This document shows, piece after piece, positions 62,883-64,000 of a stretch of 64,000 bases of DNA. Under the pieces are notes generated by a model, which saw only the letters and a program-made list of their open reading frames with translations, did no database searches and had not been told where the DNA came from. The position numbers were made by a program, and so were the translations under genes. The stretch's first letter is position 1. Each line of letters opens with the position of its first letter. Where the stretch lies: the NCBI GenBank assembly GCA_044892525.1, contig CM097885.1:29576001-29640000 (forward strand). Direction: 5' to 3'. This DNA is from Schmidtea polychroa. Its lineage: Eukaryota.

Positions 62883-63676
62883 CTAAAACAAACTTTTCCA
62901 TATTTCAGCTTCTTCTCTATCCAAATAAATATAATTATATTTTTCTTTCCAATGATTATCAACAAACATATCAAACATATTCTTATCAGGTTCAACATTT
63001 GAAAATAAATCATTATAAATCATATTCTTATCACGGCGATCTAATTTAAAAAATATAAAACAATTGGAATTATTTCTTATTGAATTTTTATCTAAAGCAT
63101 AATAAGTTTGAGATATATAAATAACATTACAATTATTATGTCTTCCTCTTGTAAAGTAACTCTTTTGAATCTCTTGATTTTTCATGTTGACAACATCATC
63201 AAATATAACTAGATTCTTTTTATCTTTAGGAAGTAAATCACAATGTAAAACATCTTCAGGTTTATTAGAGAATAAAACTTGAATTGCCTCCTGCCCCCTT
63301 CTTCACAAATATAATCATTTTTATTACTAATATCTGATTCTAAAATATTTTCCTTATACCAATCAACCATATCACAAGGTTGAAAAACTTCTTCAGGACA
63401 TCTATGTTGATTTTTAAAAATATCAATTATTGCTTTTTTAGTTAATTTATTTTCAAATCCACATTTCAAAAGTTGTAATTCTGGTTGATTTATGGTTGTA
63501 GAATAAAAGATTAAATTATTATAATCTAAAAAATCATCTTCAAGTAACATTCTCAAAACAAGTACATTCTTTCCACATCCAGAAGAACCAACAATTAATA
63601 ATCTAAAATTATCAGGAAATACTTTATTATTAAATTTACTCTTATATCTATTTAAAATTGGTTTCCAAATATCCAT
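62883..63676 (-). CDS. Polinton 2 packaging ATPase with one frameshift near 63290
   Basis: Walker A GSSGCGKN in the first frame. LVIFDD, RGRH..VIYISQ and IRNNSN in the second frame. Confidence 0.88.
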
Positions 63677-63691
63677 TTTGTTTATTATAAA

Positions 63692-64000
63692 ATGACAACT
63701 GAAGAATCTTTGCAAGAATTAATAAATTCAAATAAAAATAAATCAGTAGTAATTGATGGTAAAAAATATTTTATTGGAAAACATGTAAAAGAACAAGTTA
63801 AAGAACGTATTAGAGAAGGTGGCATTCTTCCATTAGCTGCTTTAATACCTGCAATCATTGCTGCTTTATCAGGTGCTGCTGGAATAGCTGGAGGAATTGC
63901 AACTACAGTTCAAAAAGCTAAAGAATCTCAAAAGACAGACCTTGAAAAAGAAAAACTACAAACTGAAATCGATTCAATGAAGAAGGTAGGGCAAGCTAAA
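63692..64000 (+). CDS. Core / membrane-active virion protein, runs off the window
   Basis: Open frame from ATG 63692 containing REGGILPLAALIPAIIAALSGAAGIAGGIA. Confidence 0.7.
   Translation, partial: MTTEESLQELINSNKNKSVVIDGKKYFIGKHVKEQVKERIREGGILPLAALIPAIIAALSGAAGIAGGIATTVQKAKESQKTDLEKEKLQTEIDSMKKVGQAK

Overview
Very AT-rich eukaryotic (probably animal) DNA with many (AAT)n tracts and 44-48 nt introns. The host cannot be named from the sequence, and no host gene is supportable. The first 24 kb is decayed transposons: a Tc1/IS630 DD34E pseudogene, hAT and piggyBac-like MITEs, and Penelope-like retroelements with minimal hammerhead ribozymes. From 24 kb onward there is a cluster of Polinton/Maverick (adintovirus-like) elements. 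(1) A decayed capsid-region fragment at 24190-25740. (2) A 15.2-kb whole-element palindrome at 26228-41439 with AGTAG..CTACT ends and a 6-bp TSD (ATCATT). It carries mirror copies of a TBP-like gene, a spliced Bcl-2-like gene, a putative GPI-anchored protein, a packaging ATPase and an integrase, and has no recognisable pPolB, protease or major capsid. Its ends are arrays of AP-1 and nuclear-receptor-type motifs. (3) A second Polinton (major capsid, zinc finger-PLA2-integrase, ATPase, tandem tRNA-like Pol III units) whose capsid gene is split by (4) a 16-kb non-coding palindromic element at 44477-60532 with AGTAG..CTACT ends and TSD TATGGT. Elements 2 and 4 share an ~80-bp internal motif. The working hypothesis is a family of giant snap-back (defective or satellite) Polinton derivatives mobilised as palindromes. 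All protein calls are from motif recognition by eye, not database searches.
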